From NCBI GenBank assembly GCA_964598205.1, contig CAZRBB010000003.1, positions 115,186 through 179,185 of the forward strand: DNA of 64,000 nucleotides, given 5' to 3'. How positions within the stretch are numbered: position 1 is the first letter of the stretch; every line of letters starts with the position of its first letter. The notes under the pieces are model-generated. The model did no database searches, was not told the origin of the DNA, and was given only the letters and a program-made list of their open reading frames with translations. The translations under genes and the position numbers were made by a program. Below are positions 18,662-28,223 of the stretch, one piece after another. This stretch comes from an uncultured Candidatus Saccharibacteria bacterium (GTDB taxonomy: Bacteria > Patescibacteriota > Minisyncoccia > CAIUEV01 > JAHKAQ01).

Positions 18662-19399
18662 TTATTTTTTAATCAGTTTTTTTAAAGAAGGACCAAAGAC
18701 TAAAGAGCCTAACAATAAAAAAGAAATTAAAAAAATAAAAATCAGGAAATTAAATTCAAAAAGGGAAGCGCCTAAGAGTACATAAAAAATAGTTCCGGGA
18801 ATAATTCCTAGGGCAGTAGCAAAAAAATAATCACGAAAACTGATTTTAAAAAGTCCTAAAGAAAAATTAAGAGGGGCAAAGGGGAGGAAGGTGAGTAACC
18901 TTAGAACGACAATGGTTTTAAAGCTGTCTTTTTCTAGTCTTATTTTATAAGGGTTAATTTTTTTTAATTGTTTTTGGAATAGTTTGTTCAACCAGGTGGA
19001 TCCTAGATATTTAGCAACGCCAAAAGAAATGATTGCTCCTAAAAGTGCTCCTGTAAAAGTCCAAAGAAGGCCACCGAGAGTACCAAAAAGAGCAACAGCG
19101 GAAAGACTTAGCGGGTAAACTGGAACAAATAGAATAGAAACAAAAGCGAATAATAAAACAAAAAAGAGTGGTGCCAAAAAACCAAACTCAGTTATTCTTT
19201 CTTTTAGATTAAGGCTTTCTTGCCAGTTGGTTTGGGAGAGAAAAAAAGAAAAGATTCCTAAAATAAAAATGAGCAGAATGAAAAGAAATATTCTAACGGA
19301 GCTATGATTAGTGGAAAGCTTGGACATATAAATCAAAAACTTCTTAATCGGAACTGTTCTTGGTAGTATTGAAAATGCTGGGTGTCTCTTTTCCCCCAT
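18662..19399 (-). CDS. DedA/TVP38 (VTT domain) family membrane protein
   Basis: Polytopic membrane protein, 245 aa, with a VTT-like core. Confidence 0.55.
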   Translation of the reverse strand: MGEKRHPAFSILPRTVPIKKFLIYMSKLSTNHSSVRIFLFILLIFILGIFSFFLSQTNWQESLNLKERITEFGFLAPLFFVLLFAFVSILFVPVYPLSLSAVALFGTLGGLLWTFTGALLGAIISFGVAKYLGSTWLNKLFQKQLKKINPYKIRLEKDSFKTIVVLRLLTFLPFAPLNFSLGLFKISFRDYFFATALGIIPGTIFYVLLGASLFEFNFLIFIFLISFLLLGSLVFGPSLKKLIKK

Positions 19400-19531
19400 A
19401 GTATTCGGCTAACCGAAAGATGGTTTCTAAATGCTCTTTCGGCTTTGGCTATTTTTTTTAATCTAAAAAGAGAACGCCTAAGTTATTATAGTGGATTTTT
19501 TTTCCAGGAGAAATTTTTATCTATTTACAAA

Positions 19532-20488
19532 ATGTGGAAATATTTTAAATTTTTATTGCTGGGGCTTGTTTTGCTGGGAATTGCTAGCTTGATGATGTTT
19601 TGGATGCGATTTTCCAAAGAAAAAGCTCGTTTATTGGCGGTTCGCAATGATTTAAAAGAAGTTGTTTTTTGCCAAGATGGGCTTTGTGTTCCAACAGAAA
19701 CAAAGAAGGCTTTTCTAGCTGATTTTTTAGAGGAAAAAAAGATCAAAAAGGAAGAAGGGGACTATCTTTTTCCGCGAGTGGAATCGGCGCTTTATTCAGG
19801 AGCAACGGTCTTTTTGAATCGAAAAGTGCCAGTAGAAATCTTAGCTGACGGTCAGAAGAGAGAGGTAAAGACATTTGGATTAACGGTAGCCGATGTTCTG
19901 GCGGAAGAAGGGGTGGTTTTAAGCCATTTAGACTTAGTTTTACCTGGGAAAGAGGTGCGGCCGTTTTTGGGGATGAAGGTGGAAGTGGTGAGGATTAATG
20001 TAGAAGAAGTGGCGGAAAAAGAGGCAATTCCCTTTAAAACACAGGAAAAAGAGGACAATACGCTGAAATGGAGGACTACCAAGATAGGGACAGAAGGGCA
20101 AAATGGGGAAAAAGAGATTATTTACCGCATTACTTATACCAATGGAAAAGAGAGCAAGAGAGAGAAAATTGCCACTAAAACAACAAAAGAACCAGTAAAT
20201 AAGGTGATATTAAATGGTACAAAATTAGTTTTGGCTCCGGCTTACAAGGGAAGGGCTAGTTGGTATGCTTTTAATGGAGAAATGAGCTGTGCTTCACTAA
20301 AACATCCTTTTGGAACTTGGCTTAAGGTAACTAATCGAATTAATGGGAAAAGTGTTTTAGTGGAGGTAAAAGACAGCGGTCCTTATTCGCCAGACAAAAT
20401 CATAGATCTAGACAAAACAGCCTTTAAAAAGCTGGGCGATTTGGGTCAAGGGGTAATGGATGTGAAAATAGAAGAAATTTTGGACTAA
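19532..20488 (+). CDS. rlpA: RlpA-like lipoprotein (double-psi beta-barrel) with an upstream G5-like domain and N-terminal TM. The start is placed at ATG 19532 rather than the track's 19382.
   Basis: C-terminal GRASWYAF...HPFGTWLKVTNRINGKSVLVEVKDSGPY..KIIDLDKTAFKKLG matches the RlpA DPBB signature. Confidence 0.75.
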   Translation: MWKYFKFLLLGLVLLGIASLMMFWMRFSKEKARLLAVRNDLKEVVFCQDGLCVPTETKKAFLADFLEEKKIKKEEGDYLFPRVESALYSGATVFLNRKVPVEILADGQKREVKTFGLTVADVLAEEGVVLSHLDLVLPGKEVRPFLGMKVEVVRINVEEVAEKEAIPFKTQEKEDNTLKWRTTKIGTEGQNGEKEIIYRITYTNGKESKREKIATKTTKEPVNKVILNGTKLVLAPAYKGRASWYAFNGEMSCASLKHPFGTWLKVTNRINGKSVLVEVKDSGPYSPDKIIDLDKTAFKKLGDLGQGVMDVKIEEILD

Positions 20489-20516
20489 TTTACTGGTATT
20501 TTAAGGCTTTTGGCGA

Positions 20517-21533
20517 TTAATCTAGGGAAATTGTTTTTGGGGCCTTCTTCCAAGGCTTGTTTTTTTGCCAATTTTTAATCCAAGATTCGGGGATTACTAG
20601 GCTTAAAGCGGCTAAATCGGGTAAATGTTCGCCTAAAGCGGTGGGCAGGATCTCTACTTTTTGAGCAAGAGCGGGGAAAGATTCGTCTAAAAATGTCTTT
20701 TTTACAAGGGGTAAGAGGATTTTTTGGTTATTAGCAAAGACACTACCTCCTAAAATAAAGACTTTAGCGTCTAAGATGGCGTTTAGAGCAGAAAGGGCGC
20801 GACCAAAGTATTTAGCGGCTTCTTGCACTACTTTTAGGGCTTTGGGGTCCTTTTTTTGATAAAGCGTAAAGACTTCGGCGGTAGTTTTCCCTTGGCCATA
20901 GTCTCGAGCAATGGCTACCCCAGAACTCAAGGCTTCTAGGTGTCCTGTTTTACTACAGCCACATTGAGGACCGTTTTCTTTCATTAAAAAGTGGCTAAAA
21001 TGAGGAGCATTGCCATCTTTTCCGTCTATTAAGTGGCCATCTACAAAGGCGCCGGCACCAATTCCGGTGCTCCAAGTAGAATAAACTAGGTTATTTTCTC
21101 CTTGATGGGAGCCAAAAAGTCGCTCGGCAGCTACGGCAGCTACGCAATCGTTTTTGATTACTAGAACAGGAAAGGCTTTTTTTAGCTCAGTTTCTAGTGG
21201 AATATAGGTCCAATTGTTGGGAATAATACCCCTCTTTTTAGCTAAGCCACCGCAAAGATTAGGAGCAACTAGCACTCTTTCTTTGCCTTTTTGGGCAAAG
21301 GGACTGCAAGTACTGACTCCTAGGGCCTTAATTTGGGACTTTGAGACGCCGATTTTTTTAGCCAGAAAGGTGATTAATTCAATGGCCTGAGTGGGGATAG
21401 CGTTGTTTTTACCAGTGTTTTTAACCTTTTGGAAGACTTTTCCTAGAATACCGGATTCATTGATTAGGCTGGCGGTTATTTTAGTACCACCAATGTCTAG
21501 GGCAGCAATAAGAGGGTTTTTGGGAGAGTTCAT
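20517..21533 (-). CDS. ROK-family sugar kinase (glucokinase/fructokinase-like)
   Basis: N-terminal ALDIGGTK and the ROK zinc motif CGCSKTGHLEA. Confidence 0.8.
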   Translation of the reverse strand: MNSPKNPLIAALDIGGTKITASLINESGILGKVFQKVKNTGKNNAIPTQAIELITFLAKKIGVSKSQIKALGVSTCSPFAQKGKERVLVAPNLCGGLAKKRGIIPNNWTYIPLETELKKAFPVLVIKNDCVAAVAAERLFGSHQGENNLVYSTWSTGIGAGAFVDGHLIDGKDGNAPHFSHFLMKENGPQCGCSKTGHLEALSSGVAIARDYGQGKTTAEVFTLYQKKDPKALKVVQEAAKYFGRALSALNAILDAKVFILGGSVFANNQKILLPLVKKTFLDESFPALAQKVEILPTALGEHLPDLAALSLVIPESWIKNWQKNKPWKKAPKTISLD

Positions 21534-21759
21534 AGGGGAAAGTTAAGAATTATGATGTTATTATAGCGGAAAGAGGTGGTTAATCAATTGTGGATGGAGA
21601 ATAATGAATAATTGACTAGCAGCAATATTAAAATTCTAAGGAATACATTCTAACGGGCTTAGCTTTTAGGAGTACGCTACGCTTCGCCCAGCGGCTTCGC
21701 TTGCTCGAGTTGGCTTTCTTTGATTTATAATCGATTTTTGGAAAATTGGGTGGAAGGGG

Positions 21760-21788
21760 TTGCCAGAAAGTGTTATTTATGATATAGT
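21760..21788 (+). promoter_or_regulatory. Sigma70-like promoter TTGCCA-N17-TATAGT with extended -10 TG
   Basis: Hexamers at 21760-21765 and 21783-21788 with an exact 17-nt spacer. A near-identical promoter lies at 24330-24358. Confidence 0.6.
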
Positions 21789-21892
21789 ATGATGTTGTAT
21801 TACGGAGAGGCAGATTAAGAAAGAATCGGAAAGAATGAGAGAACTTTAAAAATCTGCCGAATAAAAATCAATTACCTTGAGGGAGGTCAAAC

Positions 21893-22828
21893 ATGTTTGG
21901 AATTGCAAGAGGAAGAAAACGGGAAAGAAGTTTGGCTATTGGGGCGACTGGCAGTAACGGTCGCCAGGTGTCCGGTATTTTTACGGACATCGATAATACA
22001 TTTGTTTATGATGGCTGCAAAGCGGCTACAGTGGCTGTTCTGGGCCTGGCGTGCAAACGCCGGATGCCCGTAGTTGCAGTGACCGGGGCGGATTTAAATT
22101 CGGTTTTTTCACGAATCATGGCAGACGAACTGCCATACTTTAGGGCCCTGGCTACTTCTTGCGGAACGGAGATTTATTTTTTGTCCAAAGGAGGGTATTA
22201 CCAGGATCATCATTGGGATAACCAGCTCCGAAGCAGGTTCAACCGGAAAGAAGTTTTTTTCCGGGCGGAGAATTTGGCAAGGGAATGGGCTGTAACAAGC
22301 CCAGGCTGTGAACTGGAAATTCAGAAGAAGAAGGTTACCGAGAAGTACAAGGTAAGCTTCTATTTTAAAGCCAGCGACGGCTTGGTAGCGTCGATGGCGG
22401 CAGAGGAAATTTTAAGCTACTTTTCTGAGTACCAGTTGGCTTGGTGTGAGGATATTACTTGGGAACCGAAAGACGGTTTGCGGCGGTACTGTGTGGATGT
22501 GTTAGCCGCAAACAAGCAAGACGCGGTAGAATACATTACGGAGCAACTTGGGATCACTGATGGCATTGTAGCTGGAGATTCTGGCAACGATGCCGAAATG
22601 GTTCTGGATTGCGATCGGCGTTTTGTCGGAGTAGTTGTTGGCGGTGCGAGGGAAGAGCTGAAAGAAGCGCTCCGCAAGCGTGATCCGCGGCCAGTCGGCA
22701 AAATCCAGGACAGCAGAGGTTTTTCTCGGTACTACCTTGACGGACGCTTTGTCCTGGTGGACGAACATCCGGACAGGAGAGGGCCGGAGTCAATTTTAGC
22801 AGCTCTGGAGGTGCTTTACAGCGCTTAA
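21893..22828 (+). CDS. HAD-IIB phosphatase, sucrose-phosphate phosphatase-like
   Basis: Motif I TDIDNTF and motif IV AGDSGNDAEM. SD gagggagg. GC-rich coding sequence. Immediately upstream of the SPS-like gene. Confidence 0.75.
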   Translation: MFGIARGRKRERSLAIGATGSNGRQVSGIFTDIDNTFVYDGCKAATVAVLGLACKRRMPVVAVTGADLNSVFSRIMADELPYFRALATSCGTEIYFLSKGGYYQDHHWDNQLRSRFNRKEVFFRAENLAREWAVTSPGCELEIQKKKVTEKYKVSFYFKASDGLVASMAAEEILSYFSEYQLAWCEDITWEPKDGLRRYCVDVLAANKQDAVEYITEQLGITDGIVAGDSGNDAEMVLDCDRRFVGVVVGGAREELKEALRKRDPRPVGKIQDSRGFSRYYLDGRFVLVDEHPDRRGPESILAALEVLYSA

Positions 22829-22897
22829 GGAGTAAAAATCAAAAAAACCAAAAAACAGAAGCAGGCTCTGGGGCGACTTGGGGCCGAGGAGTGGATA

Positions 22898-24268
22898 ATG
22901 GAAGCGACAGCAAAAACAGCGACAGGACGGCAAGAGGCGGGGAAAGCCATTTACGTGGTTAGTACCCATGGTTACTTTGACCTGAGTTCGGAGACCGGCA
23001 GTGTATCGACAGCCGGTCGGCCGGACACCGGTGGGCAGACGGTATATACCGTCGAGCTTGCCAAGGCGTTGGGCCGGCTGGGCTACCTGGTATTTCTCGT
23101 GGTCCGGTGGTTTGACCCGTCCAAAAGAGAGTTGCAAAAGCTGGGCGATAATGCCTGGTTGCTGCGACTTCGGGGCGGACCTTGGGGATTCGTTCCCAAG
23201 GAAAGGATCTACTCGTTACTTCCGGAAATTTCCGACAATCTGGTCTCCTTTATAGAGGATGACTGGAAGGAAATGTTTAGGGAAGCAGGCGATAAGGCAC
23301 CAGAAAATGTAGATCCGGCACTGATCCATGGCCACTACATCGATGGCGGATTAGTAGCCGTTTCCGTGGCCCGCCATTTCCGTTGTCCGGTTTTTTGGAC
23401 CAGTCATTCGCTGGGTGCATTGAAAAGAGAGCGGATGGGTGGTGATCCCGAAAAGATGGAAACGGAGTTCAACTTTCGTCATCGGATAGAACAGGAAGTA
23501 GCGGTGATGAAGAAGGTCGCTAAACATGGCGGACAAACAGTGACCGCCAAAACAGAACCGGGGGACATTGAGCGCCTTTATGGGCTTGAGTTGCCGGATC
23601 TGCAGTTTATTCCGCCGGGGGTGGACACAAAAAAGTTTCATCCACTGCCATGTGGGAAAGAGATTGATCCGATTCCCGGTTGGCCAGCAGTTGGTGGACC
23701 TGTTGTCTTAATGGGTGGCCGGATTGCTAAGACCAAGGGCTATGAGCTAGCGCTCTATGCGTTTCACCGAGTGTTGCGTGAATTTCCAGACGCAAGCTTG
23801 GTGATATTTGGTGGATCGGATAACCCGTCTGGAGAGGAACAAGCTGTTCTCCAGGTAATGGACGATTACCGGGAAAAAAAAGGGATTGCCCGGCGCGTCT
23901 TTTTTCTTGGTGGCTTGACCCATGACCAGCTTCCAAAAGTTTACCGGCGAGCAGACTTGTTTTTGCTGCCGAGCAAGCACGAACCTTTTGGGATGGTACC
24001 GCTGGAGGCAGCAGCTTGCGGAACACCGGTAGTGGTCAGTTGCCATGCCGGGATTGCTTCGGAACTGAAGGACGGCGAGAATTGTTTGATCGTTGATCCC
24101 GAGGATACCCACGAGTTGGCAGAAGCGATGGCGACGCTGTTGCGCTCTTGCGAATGCGCCAAAAAAGTCGCTAAAAACGGTCACTTGACCGTCACCCGGG
24201 ATTATTCTTGGGAAGGCATCGCCAGGAGGCACTTAATTTTTTGGCGCGCCAATGGCGCCGTGATTTGA
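22898..24268 (+). CDS. Sucrose-phosphate synthase-like GT4 glycosyltransferase (GT domain only)
   Basis: GRPDTGGQTVYTVELAKALG, IHGHYIDGG, SHSLGALKRERM, PPGVDTKKF and EPFGMVPLEAAACGTPVV align with the SPS/sucrose-synthase family signatures. Confidence 0.85.
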   Translation: MEATAKTATGRQEAGKAIYVVSTHGYFDLSSETGSVSTAGRPDTGGQTVYTVELAKALGRLGYLVFLVVRWFDPSKRELQKLGDNAWLLRLRGGPWGFVPKERIYSLLPEISDNLVSFIEDDWKEMFREAGDKAPENVDPALIHGHYIDGGLVAVSVARHFRCPVFWTSHSLGALKRERMGGDPEKMETEFNFRHRIEQEVAVMKKVAKHGGQTVTAKTEPGDIERLYGLELPDLQFIPPGVDTKKFHPLPCGKEIDPIPGWPAVGGPVVLMGGRIAKTKGYELALYAFHRVLREFPDASLVIFGGSDNPSGEEQAVLQVMDDYREKKGIARRVFFLGGLTHDQLPKVYRRADLFLLPSKHEPFGMVPLEAAACGTPVVVSCHAGIASELKDGENCLIVDPEDTHELAEAMATLLRSCECAKKVAKNGHLTVTRDYSWEGIARRHLIFWRANGAVI

Positions 24269-24329
24269 ACCTTATAGCAGGGAGGAAGAAGAGAAGCCTA
24301 ATTGCTTTTACTTCTACCTCCCTTTTTTG

Positions 24330-24358
24330 TTACCAATAAAATAAAAGTATGATATAGT
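24330..24358 (+). promoter_or_regulatory. Sigma70-like promoter TTACCA-N17-TATAGT with extended -10 TG
   Basis: Shares the 15-mer tatgatatagtatga with the promoter at 21760-21788. Confidence 0.6.
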
Positions 24359-24429
24359 ATGAAAAATAGATCGGAGCACCTTACCAAAAACAAACAACCC
24401 CCAACATCTGGTTGAGGGAGGTACTTTAC

Positions 24430-25191
24430 ATGGGAACTCTTGTATTCGATATCGACGGAACATTGACTAAGGCAGGAGGGTTCGCGGCCGTTCCATGTGA
24501 ACCTCCAACAGAAGTAAAAACCGCTATCCAAGCACAGCAACGAAAGCATCAGATCGTGCTGTTAACTGGACAACCTTTGCGCGTGGCTACCGGGATGGCT
24601 AGAATGCTGGATCTTCCGCATTGTTTGGTAGCACCAGACTATGGGGCGTTCGTTTGTAGCCCAAGAAATCTGGCAGAAAAGGAGTTTCTGATTAATAGAA
24701 AGGCTTTAGAGGCTTTAATGTTGGTTAAGAATTTTTTAGTGCCGTCGTTTCAAAAATTAGGAGGCAGAATTGACTCCCGCGACGGCATCGGCATTATCAG
24801 TTTTATTTGGGAGTGTCGAGATGGTTGGGCCGATGCTCAGCGGCTCGTGGTCTCTTCTGCCTACGACAAGTTTGTGGCTAATAACGGTTTACGGTTTCAG
24901 TGGAACAGGATTGATTTGTCCATGAATGTAATGCCGGCCGAGCTTTCAAAGGGACTGATTGCTTCCAGGTATTCCGATATTCTGGTGGCAGCCGGAGACA
25001 CCAGCAGCGATCTGCCGGTAATTCAAAAAGCTCTTTTTCCCATAGTTACCCATGACGAGGGAATGTCGATTCATCCTGATCTTGCGGCAGTCGCTGTGGA
25101 TCGGGGATATATCGCTTCCCCAGAAGAACATCATGGATGGGGGTTGATTTCAGGACTCCAAGCTGCACAAGCGGCTGGGATACTGAATTAA
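24430..25191 (+). CDS. HAD-IIB phosphatase (second SPP/Cof-like paralog). The start is placed at ATG 24430.
   Basis: FDIDGTLT and AAGDTSSDLP motifs. SD gagggagg 8 nt upstream. Confidence 0.7.
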   Translation: MGTLVFDIDGTLTKAGGFAAVPCEPPTEVKTAIQAQQRKHQIVLLTGQPLRVATGMARMLDLPHCLVAPDYGAFVCSPRNLAEKEFLINRKALEALMLVKNFLVPSFQKLGGRIDSRDGIGIISFIWECRDGWADAQRLVVSSAYDKFVANNGLRFQWNRIDLSMNVMPAELSKGLIASRYSDILVAAGDTSSDLPVIQKALFPIVTHDEGMSIHPDLAAVAVDRGYIASPEEHHGWGLISGLQAAQAAGILN

Positions 25192-25333
25192 AACTAGGAG
25201 CGGCTTTGCCTTTGGGCAATCGCCGCTTCTTTTAGTTTTGGTGATTTGTTATTATTATGGGGTTCATGCATCTTTGATTAGATGAATTTTGCACTAATTT
25301 GTTGTTTGTAGATTTAAAACATAATTAAAAACT

Positions 25334-26404
25334 ATGAGTCGACACAACTATGGAGTGCGGATCGATGCTAGCGGGACATATCACGGTATGCGTTCTCTTG
25401 TTTTGGAAAACGAAAAATTACGGATTACTGTATTGTTAGATAAGGGAACGGATATTGTTGAGTTTTTGCATAAGCCAACAGATACTGATTTTATGTGGAA
25501 ATCACCACTGGATTGGCATTCGGCCGGTCAATTTTTGCCTACTACTCATAGTTCTATTAGCAGTTTTATGGATTCTTTTGGCGGTGGGTGGCAAGAATGT
25601 TTTCCTAGCGGTGGTCCGCATACTCAATACAAAGGCACAGAGATTGGTTTGCACGGTGAGGTGTGCACTATTCCTTGGGACTGCATTATTACTAAGGATT
25701 CTCCGGAAGTTGTGGAAGCGGTTTGTACTGTTAGAACTTATCGCACCCCTTTTATAATCAAAAAAACATTGAGACTAAAACGGGAAAGTTCAGTGCTAGA
25801 AATGGACGAAGAAATTACCAATGAAGGAAAGGAAGATTTACCTTATATGTGGGGACATCACCCTTCTTTTGGCGAAAATATTTTAGATGATTCTTGCCGA
25901 ATTGATTTACCGGCCGGCAAGGTAGAAACTTACAGTAAAGTTCAAGATAAAATTTCTTCCCAGTTTGCTCCGGAAACTAAGGGTAAGTGGCCGTTTTTAA
26001 AAAACATTAAAGGGGAGCTGATTGACAATTCAAAGGTTCTTCCGGCTAGTAAAAAAACGCACGATCTTTTATTTATCTCTGGATTAAAAGCGGGTTGGTA
26101 CGCCTTGACTAACACCAAGAAAAAATTGGGCATTGGAATGAGTTGGGATGAAAAACTTTTTCCCTATGTGTGGTTTTGGCAAGTTTATGGTGGAGGAAGC
26201 GGTTATCCTTGGTATGGTCGAACTTATAATATTGCGCTTGAACCTTGGACCAGCTGGCCCAACGATGGGGTGGAGGTGGCGGTAAAAAATGGAACAGCCC
26301 CTATTCTAAAAGCGGGGAAAACGATTAAAACTAATTTTTCAGCGGTTGTTTATTGTGGGAAAAAAAAGGTTAGTTTAATCGATAGAAAAGGGAATGTTAA
26401 ATAG
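25334..26404 (+). CDS. Aldose 1-epimerase (mutarotase) superfamily protein, DUF4432-like
   Basis: WGHHPSFGEN resembles the mutarotase HPYFN motif. 356 aa. Confidence 0.55.
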   Translation: MSRHNYGVRIDASGTYHGMRSLVLENEKLRITVLLDKGTDIVEFLHKPTDTDFMWKSPLDWHSAGQFLPTTHSSISSFMDSFGGGWQECFPSGGPHTQYKGTEIGLHGEVCTIPWDCIITKDSPEVVEAVCTVRTYRTPFIIKKTLRLKRESSVLEMDEEITNEGKEDLPYMWGHHPSFGENILDDSCRIDLPAGKVETYSKVQDKISSQFAPETKGKWPFLKNIKGELIDNSKVLPASKKTHDLLFISGLKAGWYALTNTKKKLGIGMSWDEKLFPYVWFWQVYGGGSGYPWYGRTYNIALEPWTSWPNDGVEVAVKNGTAPILKAGKTIKTNFSAVVYCGKKKVSLIDRKGNVK

Positions 26405-26508
26405 ATTCTGCTAGGATTCATCTTTTTTCTTGGTGGGCAAGGTTTTTACGACTTATTCATTTGTATTTTTGTTCCTTAAATTCTGTATGATACAATATCT
26501 GTACCGTT

Positions 26509-26604
26509 CGCTTACCGTAATCTAATTACGCCCCGCCTCGGACGGCGGGTATGCTCACTTACTTCTCCGGCTTTGCCTTGAACTATAACCAAATGTGTAA
26601 GTCC
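26509..26604 (+). repeat. Dispersed TIR repeat family, copy B (5'-truncated; carries the GC-hairpin insert ccgcctcggacggcggg)
   Basis: cgcttaccgtaatctaattacgcc...ggctttgccttgaactataaccaaatgtgtaagtcc. Confidence 0.8.
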
Positions 26605-26634
26605 TAATTTTCATAAAATAATTAAAATAAAATT

Positions 26635-28194
26635 ATGTCCATTCCATCTTCTGGCCTAAAGAATAAAGTACAATTGATTACTTATGCCGACAGTCTTGGT
26701 CGGAATTTAAAGGAACTAAATATTGTTTTAGATAATTATTTTAAAGGGGTTGTTTACGGGGTGCATATTCTACCTTTCTATCCGTCTTCTTCGGATCGCG
26801 GCTTTTCTCCTTTAACGCATTTTAAAGTAGATTCGGCTTTTGGAGATTGGGAAGATGTAGAAAGAATCGCTAAAAAGTACGATCTAATGTGCGATTTTAT
26901 TCCGAATCATGTTTCTGCTAAGTCTGATTGGTTTTGTGATTTTTTAGAAAAAGGAGACAAGTCTCTTTATAAAGATTATTTTATTACGGCGGAGAAATTT
27001 TCTAGGCGAATCAAAAAAAATCGAGAAATTTTTCCAGCACTGACCGATTACCTAGAAAGAATTGCTAATAAATTAAGGCGATTAGATATTGTTTTTCATA
27101 AAGGGGGTGTTAATCGTTTTGTGCTAAAAAAAATTTATCGTCCTCGTCCGGGAACACCGTTTGTGGAGTTTAAGTTAAAAGATGGCACAATAAGAAATAT
27201 TTGGTGTACTTTTTCTGCTGATCAGATTGATCTAGATATCAACAATCCCGAAGTTAAGAATCATTTTAAAAAAACTTTAATTTTTTTGGCTGAAAGGGGA
27301 ATAAGATTAGTGCGCTTGGATGCGGTGGGTTATGCAGCCAAAGAGAGAGGAACTAATAACTTTTTAATTCCCGAAACTTATCAGTTGATTGAAGATCTGA
27401 CTAGAATTGCGCATCAGCGAGGAATAAAAATTCTTCCAGAAGTCCATAATCATTACACTTTCCAAATGCAGTTGGCGCGGGCTAAGGGAGTGGATTATAT
27501 TTACGATTTTGCTTTGCCTCTTTTATTAATGAATGCACTTTTTACCAAAAATGTTAAAAATTTAAAACACTGGATTAAGATTAGACCCAAAAAGGCGATT
27601 ACCACCCTAGACACGCACGACGGCTTGCCAGTGCCAGATGTAGAAGATTTAATGCCAGAAGAAGAACGAAAGATGGTGATTAAAAGAATTCGGGAAAATG
27701 GTGGGAATGATGCATTGCGGGCTTCTGGGGCCAATTCCAACAATGTGGATGTTTATCAGATTAATTGCACTTATTATTCTGCTCTAGGGGAAGATGATAA
27801 TAGTTATATTATTGCGCGGGCGGTGCAATTTTTTGTGCCGGGAATTCCCCAAGTTTATTATGTGGGACTTTTGGCTGGCAAAAATGATGCTCAAAGATTA
27901 AATAAAACCGGTATTGGTCGAGACATTAATCGTCATGCTTATACTATTGCTGAAGTAGCGGAAGAAATGAAACGGCCGGTGGTGGAGCGGTTGTTTTGGT
28001 TGATTCGTTTCCGGAATCGCTATCCAGCATTTAATGGTCGATTTTATACCAAGAAAACGGAAGAATCTGCTTTGGTTATAGGATGGAAAAAGGAAACCTG
28101 TTATTGTGAGCTGAGAGTGGATTTTTTAACCAAGAGAGCAATCGTGGAATATAGGGAGAAGAAGTCGGGTAAGCGTCGTCGCCATGAGCTTTAG
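26635..28194 (+). CDS. GH13_18 sucrose phosphorylase family (sucrose, glucosylglycerol or glucosylglycerate phosphorylase)
   Basis: KNKVQLITYADSLG...GVHILPFYPSSSDRGFSP...IPNHVS, RLDAVGYAAKE, LDTHDG, and YQINCTYYSALG...QFFVPGIPQVYYVGLLAGKND closely follow sucrose phosphorylase signatures. Confidence 0.9.
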   Translation: MSIPSSGLKNKVQLITYADSLGRNLKELNIVLDNYFKGVVYGVHILPFYPSSSDRGFSPLTHFKVDSAFGDWEDVERIAKKYDLMCDFIPNHVSAKSDWFCDFLEKGDKSLYKDYFITAEKFSRRIKKNREIFPALTDYLERIANKLRRLDIVFHKGGVNRFVLKKIYRPRPGTPFVEFKLKDGTIRNIWCTFSADQIDLDINNPEVKNHFKKTLIFLAERGIRLVRLDAVGYAAKERGTNNFLIPETYQLIEDLTRIAHQRGIKILPEVHNHYTFQMQLARAKGVDYIYDFALPLLLMNALFTKNVKNLKHWIKIRPKKAITTLDTHDGLPVPDVEDLMPEEERKMVIKRIRENGGNDALRASGANSNNVDVYQINCTYYSALGEDDNSYIIARAVQFFVPGIPQVYYVGLLAGKNDAQRLNKTGIGRDINRHAYTIAEVAEEMKRPVVERLFWLIRFRNRYPAFNGRFYTKKTEESALVIGWKKETCYCELRVDFLTKRAIVEYREKKSGKRRRHEL

Positions 28195-28223
28195 GAAATA
28201 AATGCCTTATTAATCAAAATAAA

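Noticed and set aside
22417-24232. Numerous antisense or overlapping ORFs in the 22.4-24.2 kb stretch, as well as similar ones at 25455, 30158-30896 and 23001
   Set aside because: These arise from stop-poor GC-rich DNA. All are embedded in long ORFs with clear SPS, HAD or other homology.
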